This document shows positions 12,050 to 24,780 of a DNA stretch of 64,000 nucleotides, piece after piece (position 1 is the stretch's first letter; every line of letters starts with the position of its first letter). The DNA lies in the NCBI RefSeq assembly GCF_009834535.1, contig NC_045708.1:18972001-19036000 (forward strand), written 5' to 3'. Source of the stretch: Camelus ferus (taxonomy: Eukaryota). The position numbers and the translations under genes are program-made. The notes under the pieces were generated by a model. The model made no database searches and was not told the DNA's origin. It saw nothing but the letters and a program-made list of their open reading frames with translations.

Positions 12050-15000
12050 CTAGGGGCTAGGGGGAACTGGCGTGGATCTTGCTCGCTGTGCCAAGATGGC
12101 TCTCCAGATGCGGCATACCATCCCTCCCCTGAGGGGTACCAGGCTCAATGTGACTCAGCCAGAAGAAGGCCCTGGGCTCTCTCTGGTACCCACTGTCTGC
12201 CTAATGACCCCTCTATCCCCAAGGGACCCTGGTATCCCTGTAGTTTCCAGAGAGGAACCCAGGCAGGCCTGTAACTAGGGGTAGGGGAAGGTGTCAGGAT
12301 CTGGCCAGCATGAGACCATATGTGTAGGTTATCCCTGGAGGGCCTAAGACATACCTGATGCGTGTGTAGATGAGGTCATCTCTAGTGGCACAGGTCAGTA
12401 GCGCATGGAGGGTGAAGCTGTGGTTCAGTAGCTGGTTGTGTACATAGAAACAGGGAGAGGTAAAATCAGAGAAAGATGGGTCCAGAGACTCAGGAACTAG
12501 CTCTGTTCTACTACCAACATGCTAAGGCAGATCACACTCCTTTCTGGGCCTCAGTTTTCTCATCTGTACAATGGCTGGGGTATAGTAAGTGCTTATTCAG
12601 TACTGAGATGCTCTGTGTCAGAGGGGAGAAAGTGAGAACAGCTCAAAGATGGGCAGAGATGAAGTCTTGGTTGGTGGGGGGTCAGGTATAGCCAGCATTC
12701 TCCCCCTCACCATCTGGATGGTGCCTGAATCCACCTTCAGTTCTTGTAGCCACTGTACCAGGCCCTGGTCCACTGTGAGAGCAGCTGTCAAGGAGAAGTC
12801 AGGTGGTGAACCCCAGGGTGCCTTTGTCAGAAGCTGCCTCAACCCACCATTAGCATTCTCCAGCCAGGTCCCACTCACCTGGGGGCTCTGAGGTCAGAGC
12901 ACAGGTCCTGGCCTCCCCACTGACCCGCTGTAGGGCTTGTTGCACCAGGGCCTGGCACTTCCGTTCCTTCTCAGCCAGGACATCTCGAAGCCTGTTGGAA
13001 GGCGGAAGGCAGTAGAATGCAGGGGGAGAAGGAGTGAAGCTCATTCAGAGGCTGTGGGTGAGTCCCAGGAGCTGTACCTGTTGGTCTCTGCTCGCAAGAG
13101 GCCCAGCTGCACCATCAGAGGTGGGGTGTCCTGCTTGGGTTCCCCAGGGCTCTGCTGGTCTGGGGTCTCTTGCTGCTTCGGCTGGGACTCCTCTTCTTTA
13201 CTGGACTCCTCGGACCTCAGTGGGACTGCCTCCTTCTCCGCCTCTGCCAATCCAAGTGGGGTGAGCTCAGGCAGGGCGAGAACACCCATTTAGGACCCCC
13301 AGACATTGGCAGAGGGCGTGGGGCTCTGGGAATGGGCCAGGCAGTATCAGTTTAGGAGATATCCATTTGGTCACATGCCAACCCCATCTCCCTTGGCACT
13401 GAGTCAAGCTAGGCTCCCACTGTCCACCCCTATTTGTGTTCACCATCCCCCAAGGAACACAGCCTAGCTCTCGGGCAGGCAGGCAGGCTCCACTCCTCCA
13501 CCTACCTGGGGCCAGCACAGCCAGGGCTGTCCGTACAGCCCGACTGAGCAGGGAGTCCAGCACGAACATCCAGTGTGGGCGAATCTGGCGCCTGCGGAGG
13601 ATCTGCTTCACCTGGAGTGGGAGAAAGAATGCAGCTGAGGCTGCTGAGCTTCAAATAGAGGTAGGGCTTCTGTCGGAGGCAAGTGGGGTGGGCAGACCCG
13701 GAGTGGAAAGAGGGGCTGGGAAGTTAGGGCCGGGCAGATGTCCCTTTTCCGATGGCTCTATCTTCATAGGGAAGACATGGAATCATGCAACATCAAGTCC
13801 TTACATATTCTCAAGCACTGGGAGTTCACTGCCTCTTATTGAGTAGCCCTAACTGTGAGAAAACGCCCTCACCGCATCCGGGAAGGCGAAGAGTGGTCCT
13901 TGCAGAAGCTCAGGCCCAAAGCCCTGGGCTTGAAGCTGCTCTTGCAGCGCCCGCAGCTCCTGGGCCAGCTGCCGGCGGTTGGGAGTGTGGATGTGTGCCC
14001 CGAGGCAGCGCAGTAGCTGTTCCACATAATTCCTCTCCAGACGGGGACCCTGAGAAGGAAGAGAAGGGTCATCAGCAGATATACCCACCTGAGCCAAGAG
14101 AGATGCTGTTGGAAAGGTGGGCTGGAGGCCATCGGCAGGAGTCCTGTCGGTGCTTGACCAGCAGGGGGCGCTGGGGCGAGCCGCCCACCTGTTCCTGCTC
14201 CAGACTCAGATTCTCCGCCAGCGCCGGCAGCTCCTGCTCCAGCACCGTGGCCAGCATGGCCCGGCGCTTGCTCTCTTGGTTCAGAAGGCTCACTCCTGAA
14301 CTCTCCTCAGGGGACGCGGGCTCCTCGACCGCAGACTCCTCGGGCACCCTGAGTGCAGTAAAGAGCAGACGATGGAGGGCAGGCAGCAACCCTGTCCAGC
14401 CATCTCCACCCCCCGAGTTTGAATCCTGGCTTTTATTTTGATGCCCACCTCACAAGGATAAGAGAGAATAACCCAGTGTTGAGAGGGCATGATAAATACA
14501 AGGAAGAGCATTTGGGAGGGGGGCACCAAACGTCATCCTTGCATGTAGTCAAAGTGCCCAGGTCCCCTGGAGGGAGTACACCGAGACAAAACCAGATGAA
14601 ATGAACCCAGCCCGAGCCCCTGGGTGCTCACCGGAGGTGGCTGGTGTCCCCATAACTGAGGCAGCGCTTGGGGGGACTGGGAGGATGCTGAGAGGGTGCT
14701 TGAGGGCGAGGGAACGTCTGGGACTGAGAGGCTGAGTCAGCTGAAGGAGTGGGGCTGGCTGAAGGGGCATCTGAGGGAGGGAGAAGGCTGTCAGCCTGGG
14801 CCTTCATGTAGTATTTTCACCACTACAGCTCCCCTGCCCTCACCCCAGTGTGCTCACTCCCTCCACCCACTTTGTACCTGAGGGCCTTAGAGCATGTCGC
14901 GGGGAGCTGGGGCTGCGGCTCCGCTTCCCAGGCTGCAGGAAGGGGTCCCCCAGCAGAGCTTGAGCACTGGCTCGGAGGCGGGGGTCTGGCTCAAAAGTTT

Positions 15001-18000
15001 GGAGGAGGAAGGCTTGAGCCTCGGCTGACAGAGAACTGGGCATTGGTGGATGCACCTTGTACATGCCCACCTGGGAGGGGGGCAGGGAGGGGAAACAAGG
15101 GACAAGTTTAGAGGTGTTCAGGGCCCAGACTGTCCCCACTCCACCTCATGAGCCAGGTCCTAAGGGTTCTCACCTGAAACATGGCAGCCTGTGGGCTCCC
15201 TAGCTCATGGAATGGTGGGCGACCTGTGGCCATCTCGATTACAGTGCAGCCCAGTGACCAGATGTCCGCCGCCTTCCCATACCCTCGTGGGCCCTGATCA
15301 ATGATTTCTGGGGCCATATACTGTAGGGTCCCTAGGACAGGAGCAGTAGCAATAATGCTCATCTAGGCTTTGTCACTGTTGGAGTGGCAGGGCCTCTCTC
15401 ATCCTCCAGTCACCTGCTCCCACCCTGAACTCTATCATCCAAAACAGTTTCTGCTACCACCCCTGGTCATTAAGCATCTATCCTGAGTTTCCTCATTCAT
15501 TTTAGGCTCCATCTCATTCCTGGGCTCCATCACCCAGAGTAGGTGCCGCCATCTGTCCTGGGCTGCATCAACCACTCTGAACTCTGACTCACATCAACAC
15601 TTCTGGGCTCCATTTCAGGCACTAAACTCAACATCATCAGCTATCTAAGCTGCAGTTCTGGAGTCTATCACCTCACCCCTGGCTCAATCACCTGCCCTGG
15701 ATTCCACACCACCCTCCTCATTAGGACTCTAACTCCATGCCCAGGAGAAACACCACTCCCTGGAGCACCCCAAGAGTTCTCTGTCCCATGTCAGCAACCC
15801 CACTCACCACCCTACACCCTGTTACCTGTGAAGGTCTCAGTGCAGGGTGTGATGCCTGCTAGCCGCTTGGAGGTGCCAAAGTCAGAAATCTTGAGCAGCC
15901 CACTGAAGGTGTTGATCAGCACATTGTCCCCCTGAGGAGAGTGGACATTGTGATCAGCGGACATCAAACTGGGCTCCTGGACCCTATCCTGAGATCTCAT
16001 CTCCTGGGAACCCCAGCCTGACACTGCCTCTAACAGTCTCCTCCCCCTGCCATCCCACTACTGCCCCTCTGGGAGCTGGCTTCGGATCTAAACATCTCCC
16101 CTTCTCTAGGGAACCTCCCTGATGAATTTCCCACCCTTTGCAAAGAGTCTGCCCACTTAGTCTAAACTGCCAGCCTCTGTCTGGGGCTGTATCTCTCCCT
16201 CCCCCTCCTGTCCTCCCCCACCCCAGCAAGCTAGAGTGGGCCAGCTACAGGCTGACCTTGATGTCTCTATGCACAATACGGTTGTCGTGCAGGTAGCTGA
16301 GTCCCTGCAGGATCTGGCGGGTGTAGAAACTGATAGTGCTTTCGTTGTCCTGCAGAGGTCCCCACACTGAACGCAGCAAGGAGGACAAACTGCCTGGGCA
16401 GATGTAGTTCAAGGTCATTGTTGGCACCCACCTACTCCAGCCGACGGCTCTCTGCTCAAGGCCCAGGCATACTAATGCTATGGCCTAGACGCCATTACCC
16501 AACCTCCAGGTGTCAGCTAATTGTGGGCTACACCACCCACACAAGCTAGGGTTCATTCTCCCAAAGGGGGCTCCACCCCCATGCCCCACAACTCCAGTTC
16601 CATTCCCATCCCACGCAAGGCAGGTACCTCCAGGCACTTCCTCCATGAAGATCTTGAGGTAGCCGCCCTGACTGGCTGAGCCCAGATAGCGCACGATGTT
16701 CTTGTGGCGCAGGCGTTTGTGCAGAGCGATCTCCTCATGCAGTGGCTGAGAGAACCTGGGGGTGGGGTGGGGAGAGGAACAGGTCAGACGGAGGCAGAGA
16801 TACTTTCTCAACTCCAGCCCCCCACAAGGCCAAACCCCCAGGATCTACCCCGCCCACAAGCTCCCAGACCTTCCGCACCTTATCACCCAGCCCACAGGCC
16901 TCTCCAGATGGTAGCCCGCCCGCCTGGTCCCTGCGGTTCTGCGCACAGTCCTGGGCCCACTGGGCTTGAACTCTCGCTTCTATGACCCCCTGCACTCGGG
17001 TCGACCCCGGAGGCACTTGGGCATCCGCGTCGCCCTTGCCTACAGTCCCGCGCACAGGACACTCTTAACTCGTGGTCCCGCCCATTTGACCCCGCCCACC
17101 TGGTCCCTCGAGAACCCTGAGCCCCGCCCGCGCGACCTTGGGCACCAAACCTGCTGTCCCGCTCCGGGATCTCCTTGATGGCGATGCGTACCCGCGTGTG
17201 CCGATCGCGGCCCGCGTACACCACCCCGTACGTGCCCTTGCCCAGCACCAGCCGCTCTCCCGACTCCGTGTACTCATAATCAAACTGCGGGGGCGGATGA
17301 GATAGGGGATTCAGCAGGGCGCTCTGCCCTTTCCCTTCCTGGAGCTGCACCCCCCTTGCTCACCTCCAGCACCTCCCCCACGCTCTCTGCCTCCTCCGCG
17401 GGCGCCGTGGAGTCCGGATTCGTAACCAAGGCCTGGATCAGGCCACAGAACCTGAGGGCGGAGAAGGTCAGATTAGTGGTTGAGGCAACTCTTAGCCGAG
17501 AGCAACTAGGGAACATGTTCTTTCCTTTCCCTCAATACCCCGGCATCCCGGCCCTCAGAGCACCCCGACCCGAGGGACTGCGCGCACCACTGGCAGTGCC
17601 CTCCGCTGGGGAAGCACAGCTGGACGTCCTGGGCCGGGGGAAGTGCGTAGAGGAAGCAGCAGCGCTCATCCTGCTTGGAGACGCTGGGAGGGATGAAGAA
17701 CCCCAGTGAAGTCGGGGCTGCCCAGCACTGCCACCCAGCCCGGACCTCCCCAGGTCTTGCTGCTCACCTGACACCACTGATGGAGACAACTGGGAAGGTC
17801 CAGCTGGATGGAACGTCCTGTGAGAAGAAAGGGGTCCGAGGGGGTGCTGGGGACAAGGAGAGGAGTCTGGGGATGGGGGAAATGTTCAAGAGAAAAGGTC
17901 ATAGATGTCAGTAGGGGCAACTCACCGGCAACTTCACCTGTGAATTGGGCTCCAGCAGGCTCAGGGTCACTGCGTTCACGGGGTTTGTACCCTGAACCTC

Positions 18001-21000
18001 CAGCCTGGCTGGCAGAAGCACCTTGTTCATCTCTAGGACCAGCACCTGCAGATGATGGAGGAGAGGGGTTGGTCAGAAGCAGCCTGCCCCTCTCCCAGGT
18101 CCCATGCCCTACGGGCCTCACCAAGCACTGGTCTCCTTGGGGACAAGTGGTCTTGAGTGGCTGGCAGGACTGTAGCAAGAAGTGGAGCCAGAAGTGTGCA
18201 CAGTGTGGGGTTTCTCCAGGTGGCTCTAGCGTGGGTCTGAAGTGCTGGTACAGCAGGAAGGTTTCCATCACGGACACCAGGTACCTGCAGACACAGCTTT
18301 ATCCTCAGCTCAGCCCAGGCACCAGCTAGCACTGCCAGGGAGAGTAGACTGGCTTGGATGCAGCCAGAATGTGGGCATTGGGTGTCATGGGTGCTGGTCT
18401 GGAACAGGCTCAGGCTAGATGCCAGTGGACATGGGTGTAGAAGCTGACAGCCTAGGCCAGGCTAAGACTGCAGAAGGGGCCACCTACCATATCGGGGCAT
18501 TGAGCTTGTACAGCTGCTCTGCAGCCAGTGCCACCTGGGTGAGGTCATTGGCGAGGATTTGAGCTCCCAGGTAGAAGCCTACATCCCAGTAATACTGCAT
18601 CTTCTCCACACAGCCTTTTCGGGCCAGCAGACAGCCCAGCTTCATGCCTGAGAGAGAGGAGCCTGGGTCATAGTGGATGTTGTTGCAAGTTTGGGCAAAG
18701 CCCAGGTGTAGACCACAAAATTCATGTGCGCAGGAACATAGAAATGGGTGAAAACTTAGGTATGGCCAGATCTCAGGTGGGAGTAGGAGTTCAAGCACAG
18801 GTGAGGGTTAGGAAACAAGTGTATGTGGAATTCAGTGTGTAAGGAACAGAGGTGTGGGCTCAGTTGTGGGCTCAATGGCTCATGAGGGCCCTGGACTGGA
18901 CAGGTATGAGGACCTGGGTGTGGGTTCAGGCAGAACAGGTCCAAAAGGGGATGGATAGGGTCAGACCCAGCTCCAACCCAATGTCCTCTCTCCCTGCCCT
19001 CTCCCAAGGCCCCTCTGAGCCCCCGTGGGTTGGGGGTTAGGGGTGCAGGATTGTGGCTCACCTATAAGCCTGAGCTCCTTGGAGTCCTCAAAGCGCTGGC
19101 CGGCAGCAATGAGGAGCACAGCTGCATTGATGCCCGAGTGGAGGCTGGGCTCTACATCAAAAGCCTTGCGATACCTGGGGTGAGGGTTGGGGGACACAGG
19201 GCTGGACTGATGCCCACAGCCCCATCCCTCATCTCATTAGCACAACCCATGTGGGCCCCTTACCAGTGATATGCCTGCTCACGGTACTCAGCATCCTGGA
19301 AGCCAGAGCTGAAGAACATGTCCTTGTAGACACGGCCACACATGCAGTACAGGTCAGGTGCCACCAAGCCCTCAAACTGTACCAGTGGCAGTAGCACGGC
19401 CAGTGCCTTCTCACGGTCCCCAGGCCTGTTCCTCCTAGGGGAAGGGGAAGATAGGCTGGGGACCTGCCTGATGGCCCTGCCCTACTCTGTCCAGGAACCC
19501 CCAGACCCTGAACAGCAGGGACCCTTCCAAGGGTCTGACAGTCATGAACCCAGAAGAGCAGTGACTCTGGTCAGCACTGACCTTCCTAGAGGTAGTGACC
19601 CCAGATGGAAGTGGTTCCTAGCTGCAGTGACTCTGAGGAGCAGTGGAAAGCTGTGACCCCTCCAAGGGCAGTACCACTACCCCACCCCACCCTAGGCAGC
19701 AGGAACAGAAAGATAGGGACCATTTGACATCAATGTGACCCTGGTCAGCAAATTCCCTGTACAGCAGTGGTCCCAGATGGCAATGACCTCACACAGCAGA
19801 GACCCATGTCCGCATGTGGCTATGACCTGCGCCGTGCTCTGCCACCCACCGGTTGAGGGCAAATGTGTAGTGGAAGCAGACGTTGTGCTGCTCGGCCACA
19901 TCACAGGTGGGCAAGGCCTGCAGTGTCTCCACCAGCTCAATGATGGCCGAGTAGTCCTGCATGAGGGAAGAGCACACAGTGGCCTGATGGCCTCTGGTGA
20001 GTCCGATTGGCCCAAGACCCTGAGGAAAATCCTGATCTGGGGCCCCTTCCCACCCCTGACACCCCATTTTCCCACGCACCATCCTCTGCACACTTCCCTC
20101 AGGCCCAGTATGTAGTGTAGAAACCACACCTTACATAGAGAACATGCTGTGTGCCCCAATCTCCCAAATACCCTGGGAGACAGTGACATGATCATCCCCG
20201 AATATAAACAAGGAAACCGAGGCTCAGAGATGTCAGATTATTTGCTCAGAATCACCAGTGAGCCAGTTGTACAGCCAGGAGCTGAAATCCCATTTGTCTG
20301 ACACTGAATCCACTGTCCCGACTGCCAGCCTCTCTGAGCACCACACACCTGCACATCACGGTAGGAGAGCAGCAGGTTCATGATGATGTCGGGGGTCAGC
20401 AGCTCCACACTGTCCAGTCTCCGCTGCAGGCGAGCCAGCTCCTGCCGCAGCTGCTGTCCGCTGAACCGCTCCCTAGCCAGCCGGATGTCCTGCCGAATGG
20501 TCTCCCGGAAATAGCCACTAATGCACATAACAGGGGAGGGAGAGAGAGAATGGCAGGGCCTGTTTCTCAGCCCCAGCCCCCTGTACCCTCACCAGCCTCC
20601 TCCTGGTGCACCTTATATGGGGCCCCATTACCAAGAGTCCGTGGGCGTGGCCTCCAGCAGGCGGGCAAGCCGGCCCACCAGGGGTGTGAGCAGGGCCTCA
20701 GTGCCCACCCCAGCTGGTACTAGTCCATCAGCCAGGCCCCTCAGGAGGCCTGCATCACCACACAGCACCCGACCGGTGGCTGTAACCACATAGGGGATCA
20801 GCGTGTAGCTGCCAATGCAATCCTGGTGGGAGGGAGGCAGGCATCAGTAGAGGTCAGAGATCAGTACTAGGTTAGAAAGGGGCAGTGAGGGGGTCAGTGG
20901 TCAGCACCAGTAGGGACTGGAATAGCAGGGAAGGGGCACACTTCATAAAGGGAAGCAATAGGGAACAAAGGGTCTTATGGATGTCAGGGGGCATTAGGGA

Positions 21001-23017
21001 GGGCAGAGGGGACAGACGAGGCCAGGAAATGTAGTGGAGGTCAGAGGTCATAATGGAGGTCAAAGGACACACTGGAGTGAGGGATGGATTCTGCTCACCG
21101 AGTTCTTCTGGAAAATGTCCTCCTGCAGGGGACAGACATTCAGATACTGGTATTCTGGTTAAGGCCGCCCCAGCCCTTGGCCCACCACTACCAGCCCCCG
21201 GCCACCTACCCTCAGGGCCTGCAGGTCAGGGAGGTCTGCCTGGGAGCAGAGGAGCACGTTGTTGGTCATGCTGAAGCTCTCTCGCACGCCCAGGTGGTAG
21301 AAGAGGGAGGGCTGTGCCAGGGAGCTGCTCACCTCCAGCACCACCACATCTGAGGGCACACGGCAGGAGGCTCTGAGCCCTGAAGCCCAGCAGGGGGAGA
21401 AGGAGCCTGGGGACCCATCCTGGCTCAGCCTGCCTTCCCATGTGACTCCATCAGGGTCCAGTTTTGCTCTGGGCCTCAGTTTCCCCTTTTAGAGTCCCTC
21501 TGGCTCTTATACAGAAATTACATCTGTGGTATTGCAAGAAGAGGAGGGGAACTCACCTGACTACCATTCACACCCCACTGTTTAGAGCCTGGGGACACTG
21601 GACATGGAGAAGGAGAGGCTGTGCACCAGCCCACAGCCTGTTCCAAGCTATTCAAGAGGCAGGAGTTGTGCAGATGTCCTCTTCTCTGGATGCTCAACCC
21701 AAGTCTCTTGAAAGGGGCTGGCACCAGCAGTGTGCTGTGCGTATACACGTGTATACACACATGCCATGTGTGTACAATGCTGTGCCTGTGTGTGTGTCTG
21801 TATCTGTGTGATAGTGTCTGTGACAGCCTATGTGAGTCAACATATATGCGATTTGTGAGTCTATGACTGTGTGTGTGTGTTTGTGTCCTCAAGGTCGAAT
21901 CAGCCTTCATTTTTTGGGCTGAGATTTTATGCAAATACGTTTATTGGGCTCCTGGATGAAAAAAATAAATATCGGGGGCGGGGCATCCGGGTTGGTGGGA
22001 GGGCGGGGTGACCCGCTCGGAATAGCCGCCTTCTGGCCCCAGTACCTGACCGTCCGACTCAGCCTCCGGTCCCACCCAGCTCCACGCATTCTCTCGGAAC
22101 TATGGGAGCCTCATAACTTAAGCTCCCTCGCTTAGAATCCAGCGCAGTTGGGTCCCTCTGTTTCTCTTTCTGCCTCTTTAGCCTAATCTTCGGAAGCAGT
22201 ATGCTAGGAACCCTGAACTACAGCCCCGCAAGTGCGGCGCCATTCCCTAGTCCAAGTTCCAACTCCCAGGATCCTCCCTCATGAGCTCCGCGCGAGATCA
22301 TCCTGAGACTGAGTTCTTCAAACTCCACTCCTGATATACCACACCCTGTCCCGTTCCCAGCCTCTCCCCAGTCCTAGCCTCGCTCCCTAGGCACGGTGCC
22401 GACTCGAGAGCTTAAGCTCCAACCCTGAATCCCGAGCCGGGCCTGGATCCGCTAAATCCCTGCCCAAGCCTGGTCGCGCTCCAGATCCCCTAAACTTCCC
22501 TTTTATCACAGCCGCGCCTCGAGCCCCTCGTCTTTAGCTCACATTATGGTCCCATAGCCCGGGCACCCACCTCGGGGTCTCCCAGGAGTTGCCGAGACAC
22601 GCCCCCTTCGGGCCCTCCCCAGCCCCCCCCAGCCCCCTAAGCCCCGCCCCTGCCCCGCCCCCAAACATGCTCACCCGCGTTGTAGAAGGAATCCAGAGCC
22701 GCGGTGTCTCCCAGCGCTAGGGTCCCAAAAGGCAGGCTGCACAGCTGAGGCCGCGGCCGCGGTCCGGGTAGTTGCGCGCAGGCCTCACGCAGGCAGCGCA
22801 GGGGCAGCGGCTCTGCTTCGGCTCCCGGCTCGGGCTCCACCCCGGGCTGGGGCTCCCGGGTCAGCACGTAGACCACGCTGAGCGGCCGGCTTCGCGCGCA
22901 GCCCCGGCCGGGGGATGCAGCGAGCGGCCGGCCCCGGCTCAGCGCCTCGGCCAGCGGATCCTGCCAACAGCTGCCGGCGCGCTCCAGGGCTCCGGACTGC
23001 GGGCACGGCCCCGCCAT
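12050..23017 (-). CDS. MAP3K6: Mitogen-activated protein kinase kinase kinase 6 (ASK2); 29 coding exons, 1289 aa
   Basis: Exons on - strand: 22675-23017, 21210-21349, 21099-21122, 20632-20822, 20349-20517, 19850-19956, 19264-19434, 19062-19174, 18488-18647, 18122-18284, 17938-18045, 17768-17817, 17588-17683, 17364-17451, 17151-17284, 16628-16755, 16257-16393, 15826-15931, 15174-15331, 14878-15070, 14632-14770, 14189-14348, 13873-14049, 13506-13611, 13078-13243, 12879-12991, 12711-12784, 12355-12431, 12050-12128; total 3870 nt with no internal stop. Kinase motifs [40 protein letters not shown] (14-3-3-type site) and the C-terminal SAM-like region are all present. Confidence 0.96.
16900..17700. 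other. Intragenic CpG island at the start of the MAP3K6 kinase domain
   Basis: Dense CpG across exons 13-15; boundaries approximate. Confidence 0.65.
20190..20300 (-). mobile_element. MIR SINE in a MAP3K6 intron
   Basis: aaggaaaccgaggctcagagatgtcagattatttgctcagaatcacc...ggagctgaaatcc. Confidence 0.6.
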
Positions 23018-23550
23018 GCGGGGGCGCTCTGGCGCGGGCGCCCGGCTTTGGGCACCCGTGGAGGGACAGGAGCCAGAGGCGACAGATCCAGGGATCTTAG
23101 GATCGGGAATCGGGTCGGGATCGGTAATCTCCTACGGGATCTTAAGTTCCGGAGATCCGGAGTACAGCCGAAGGTCCCGTACCAGGAATTTGGTGTCCAG
23201 GACGAAATCCAGGCTCCGATTTACAAGGTCCTGAGGATCTGAAATTGAAGGTCCCGGGAATCTAGGGCATCCAGGGATCCGCCTCTTGGAGTCACATAGG
23301 GGGATCCTGGGAATCCGTCCGTCTGTGCCCACCAGCGCCGGCCGCTGCTGTCTCCTGCCCTCACATGTAGGCCGGGCCCAGCCCTTTCCCGGCCGACCGG
23401 GAAAGCTCCACCCTCGGCCTTGGGGCAGCACCGCTCCCTAGCGGCCTGGGACTCGGCCTCTTCCCTCCCTCCTCTCCCGCCAGAATCTCTGAGGCAGGCT
23501 GCTTCCGGAACAGCCTGTGCCCCTGTACACGGCAACCATTATGGATTGCT
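21950..23550. promoter_or_regulatory. MAP3K6: MAP3K6 promoter and exon 1 CpG island
   Basis: High CpG density around the ATG at 23017; boundaries approximate. Confidence 0.75.
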
Positions 23551-24499
23551 CACAGCAGGCGCTTATAGGATGTGTGCCCAGGCCAGGGCTAAAGCAGAAG
23601 TGCGAATTGCAGGCCCTCTCTGTTGAACAAATGAATCTCCAGAGACGTCAGGGTGTGTAGAACATGGTGTAGAGTGCCTGTTCTCCAGGGCCCTGTTGTG
23701 CAGGCAGGGAGGAATTGGAATGGAAGAAGTCTGCTTCTTGGCCTGCAAGGAGCATGGGACTCTGCATCTGAACCCTGCACCCTTTTGCCAGGAGGCTGTT
23801 TTCCCCAGAATCCAGTCGGCTATGGAGCCCTGGTGACCTTTGACCTCCACCCAGAACATGACCATAGGACGGGAGAAGAGTCCCCATGTAGATGTTTCTT
23901 TACCTACCTGAAGGAGAATCCCAGGAACTCCAGCTCTTGGGTACAGCAGCTTCCCAGCTCCAGTCCCCAAGAATCCCTAACCTAGTGTGAATTAGTGAGG
24001 CAGCAGCCTGGTGTAAACCTCAGTGGACTCTGAAATCAGGAACTGGGAACTTAGAGAGATTGAGTAACTTGTCCAAGATCACTCAGCTGCATAACAGAGC
24101 AGGATGCAAGCCCAGGACTACTTGTCAGACTGCAGAGATCAGATTCTTACCCATTTATTGCTCTGCCACTTTCTAGAATGTGACTCTGGCAAATTAACTA
24201 ACTGCTTAATAAATACTCGTTCAGTAACTGCCGTTTCACTGTCTTGTTGCCCAATGGAAGAAAAATGTACCTTCCTTGGTTTGACTGTGAGTTCCCATCA
24301 GCCCCTAATGGGACAGGCAAGAAGTAGCAGAGAATGAGAACTTGACTTACAACAGAGCCTGGAAAACTGACAACTTATAAGGGACAGGCAGGAGCAACAA
24401 AGAGAGTGAGATAGCTGTGCAATTCCCACCACAAAACTATCTACTGGTAGGACACATAGGGCCCAAGAGTACTGTCAGTGGATGCTTTAATCCTTCCAA

Positions 24500-24780
24500 G
24501 TCCTTCGCTAAATGCTTCTCTGGTGTCCTCAGCTTGCACACCTCTAGAGACGAAAGCCTCACTACCTTTTTAAAAAATTTTATTTTTTAATATCTCTTTT
24601 TTATTTTATTTATTACTGTATTATTTATTTTATTTTGGTGGGTGAGGGGAGGTAATTAGAGCCTCACTACCATTTGAGGCTGACTCTCCCATCTTCCTGA
24701 CTAGAAGGAAGGTCTTCCTTGAAAGAAGCTGAAACCCGTATCCCTGCTCTGCACTCTTGAGTTTCTCCCAGTAACTGAAA
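24500..24780. mobile_element. Ancient CR1/L3-like fragment interrupted by the tail-only SINE
   Basis: cacacctctagagacgaaagcctcactacc...ttgaggctgactct...gaaggtcttcct resembles the CR1/L3 3' region (pattern recall only). Confidence 0.45.
24567..24659 (-). mobile_element. 5'-truncated, tail-only SINE insertion with a perfect 12-bp TSD
   Basis: AGCCTCACTACC at 24555-24566 and 24660-24671 flanks a T-rich tail ending in gggaggtaattag, the same internal motif seen in the SINE at 10383. Confidence 0.8.

Noticed and set aside
17666-18277. 203-aa - strand ORF
   Set aside because: It is MAP3K6 exon 10 reading through short GC-rich introns; downstream exons are in other frames.
23016-23234. Antisense ORF starting at the same CATG palindrome as the MAP3K6 start codon
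   Set aside because: Short and low complexity from the GGATC array; sharing the start follows automatically from the CATG palindrome.
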